Source: Takakia lepidozioides (lineage: Eukaryota > Plantae > Bryophyta). From it: a DNA stretch of 64,000 nt. The stretch covers positions 23,126,001 through 23,190,000 of the forward strand of contig CM060731.1 in assembly GCA_030704615.1 (NCBI GenBank). The letters are read 5' to 3'. The stretch's first letter is position 1. Each line of letters begins with the position of its first letter. The position numbers and the translations under genes were made by a program. This document shows, piece by piece, positions 61,765-64,000 of the stretch. The notes beneath the pieces are model-generated. The model did no database searches. It was not told the origin of the DNA and saw only the letters and a list, made by a program, of their open reading frames with translations.

Positions 61765-63810
61765 GTTCATGGAGATGCTGTTGATGCCAGCTTCTTGTCG
61801 GGACCTCCATTGGAATCCTCCATATCAGAAATTCGTCGACAGAGGAACAACATTCATACTACTGTTGAGATTTATGTCATCGACGGTGAAGCATCATCCA
61901 GGCACTTGGCTTCCCTTCAATTGCACGACCCTCTTCTTCAGTCCATTCCTGAAAAGGTTGTTCTGTCGCAGGATTGTTTAGGATTGAATGTCGAAGATGG
62001 AAGCCAACTTGACAAATGTGCAGGGGATTTCGTGGACCTCACTCTACAATCCTCACCCTCCATGTTAAGTGTCAAGGGTCTGAAATCTACCTCGAGAATG
62101 TCATCCATTCAGGACGTGGCTGACGTTGCGGCTCCGCAGCACACTGTTGCCTCTCTTCCCTCCTTCTCTCCCCAGCACGAAGGTTGGACAGCCCAAATCA
62201 GAAGGAGTCGGGTAAAATTACTTATATCTGAATTCTAACTCGTCATTTTGTTTTCCTTAGTATTCGGTCTGATGTTCTTGTTTTACTCCAGGCCAAAAAA
62301 TCTGCGGATTGTGACCTTCCTGTCAAACGACGTCTTCATTGGAAATCTGTTCCGAGGTAATCCCTTCGTTATGTGTAAATTCCATTCAGGATGTGGAGTG
62401 CTCAAGGGACAATTTCCATTCCGTTCCCCTTCTCCGCAACCCTTTCGACGAGGACAAGGACGAAACTTCAATTGCAACTTCTCGGCTTCCCGACCCTGCA
62501 GTGTTGGCGCAATGTTCTGCACCGAGGAAGCGGAATAGGGCCCCCAAACCATTCCATCTCCTCTACAAATCGGTTCCACCGGAAAGAAGTCCTTCGTCAG
62601 AGACAAAGCAGACTCGAGGAAGAAAATGAATACCTCGGACATACCGGGGTCTCGTCAAAACACGTCCGTTGGGATGCCAAGCCCGCCAGTGAGACTTTCC
62701 AATAAGGCGACATCGGTACTATTCGATATCATTTCTCCACTTTCTTCTCTTTTCTGTTCATTTGGTTATGCACTAATTAACTCTATCTTTTCTCAACAGG
62801 CGGGGATGCAGCACGATACCTTCATCAATTTTCCTCCGTACAAGGTACTTTCTTGAACCTCCACTTGGCAGTCAACGTACCTCTTCTTAGCAATATAAAC
62901 CGTCCTCTTGAAACTTTCCAAGCCAACAACATTGTGCAACATTTTGCCATTTTCTGCACAATCATGTTGATTTTCCATACACTCAATCATTCTGGGTCAT
63001 GGGTATTTTCATGGCAGAAACACTAATGTCAGTGTGTGATTAACCTGGTTAGGATAACTTTGTCTCTCATCCTTTACATGAACAGCGGGGAAGAGGAAAC
63101 ATATGTTGTTAATTTTGAGTGTCAACGGACTCCTCTGCTACCGGCCACCCCCAACCGGCAGTGAACTGTTTAAGGAGAAATTTCGTTTCAGGAATGTGAC
63201 ACTTCAAGTTCCTGACAGACCGTTTGTGGTGCCTCGGCCTGGAGTCTTGGAGTTTCTGGACCTTGCATTGAAGCATTTTCACGTGGCCATTTGGTCATGT
63301 GCTGATAGAGGTGTTCTTTGTAGGATATTAGAGAGCTTCGTCCCCACGAAAATAGCGAAGAAGTTTTGCTTCATATGGTCTGCTGAGGATTGTAAGGATA
63401 CCACCGGTTATATCAGGCCCGGGATGAAATATCTCGTGAAGGATATTCGAAGTGTTATTGTCAGGTACCCTGATAGACCGTTTGCTACGTAGGGGCAAAT
63501 ACTTCTTGTAGATGATGAGCCATCAAAAGGCTTGCGAAACCCACAAAATTCTGGATTCTTCCCTTTCTCATTCAAGCCTTGACCAAACGGATTGCATGAC
63601 TGGGATGATATGACAGAAGCAGTGTGGCCATATATATCGGAGATGGTTGGAGCTTCAACAGTCATTGATTACATTAGCGAGAACCGGGCAAAGTGTTCTC
63701 ATAAGCCTATTGTTCGAGACCATGCCTGTTGGGCCTGGTATGGAAGATATCTTGATCTTCGTGTTTGGATCCCACAACAAAAGGAACCTGATTACCTTGG
63801 TAGGCACGTG
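61765..63810 (+). pseudogene. Multi-exon gene with a third FCP1/NIF-like HAD domain (~63090-63700)
   Basis: LLILSVNGLL..VVPRPGVLEFLDLALKHFHVAIWS..YLVKDI..ILLVDDEPSK, with in-frame stops at 63490 and 63580. The upstream exons are low-complexity and uncertain. Confidence 0.65.
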
Positions 63811-64000
63811 GATCCCACTGTTCTGTTGTTTTGTTCAAAATTTGATTTTCCAATTCTTTTGCATTTGCATTTGCATTTGCACTCTTACCTCAACAAATCC
63901 ATATGCAAAACTTCCACTTTGGGCCTAACTTTTGTCATTTCAATCGCTTGTCCCCAGTTACATTCAAAGAACGAATTCTAAAAGAGGAACAAGAGCTGCG

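Larger units (their letters stand above)
45017..62879. repeat. Dispersed 24-bp palindrome family AAC(C/G)TC(C/G)ACTG-NN-CAGT(G/C)GA(G/C)GTT, at least 14 copies
   Basis: Copies start at 45017, 46780, 47956, 49378, 49598, ~49723 (partial), 52443, 52645, 53574, 54708, 59611, 60631, 61699 and 62856. Confidence 0.93.
44790..64000. mobile_element. Large (>19 kb) decayed multigene DNA transposon with Sola-like transposase and cargo genes; right end outside the window
   Basis: A shared 24-bp palindrome occurs from 45017 to 62879. Transposase and cargo are divergently oriented and show similar decay. Boundaries are inferred. Confidence 0.6.

Noticed and set aside
45017-62879. Palindromic 24-bp repeats as a CRISPR array
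   Set aside because: Spacing is irregular (about 0.1-5 kb), there are no uniform spacers or cas genes, and the context is eukaryotic and intron-containing.
53679-63810. Endogenous giant-virus or bacterial insertion
   Set aside because: No capsid, packaging ATPase or polymerase was recognised. The genes have spliceosomal introns and share the palindrome with a eukaryotic transposase.

Overview
Nuclear DNA of a land plant. The compact GT-AG introns and the transposon types suggest a non-seed plant, which is inference. The left ~36 kb is gene-rich: a SCL28/DLT-type GRAS factor, adenylate kinase, a CCR-like reductase with a frameshifting deletion, an ASK21-type SKP1-like gene, an At1g75140-like membrane protein, BUD31 and solanesyl diphosphate synthase. 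Between these genes lie decayed Copia, CACTA and LINE fragments and a stray sugar-transporter exon. From ~36.8 kb the window is a transposon nest: a tRNA-derived SINE, a MITE, a full-length piggyBac element with TIRs and TTAA target duplications, and a truncated L1. From ~44.8 kb to the window end lies a >19 kb decayed multigene element. It carries a Sola-like (DUF7869-type) DDD transposase transcribed leftward. Its rightward cargo comprises an ORF with Pol II CTD-like YSPASP repeats, a ParB-like protein with a degenerate DNA-methyltransferase-like C-terminus, a Tnp1/DUF8039-like domain and three FCP1/NIF HAD phosphatase-like domains. At least 14 copies of a 24-bp palindrome (AACCTCCACTG-NN-CAGTGGAGGTT) mark this element, mostly in introns and spacers, and I found none elsewhere in the window. 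This element is the best candidate for an undescribed system. All domain calls come from motif recognition by eye, not database searches.
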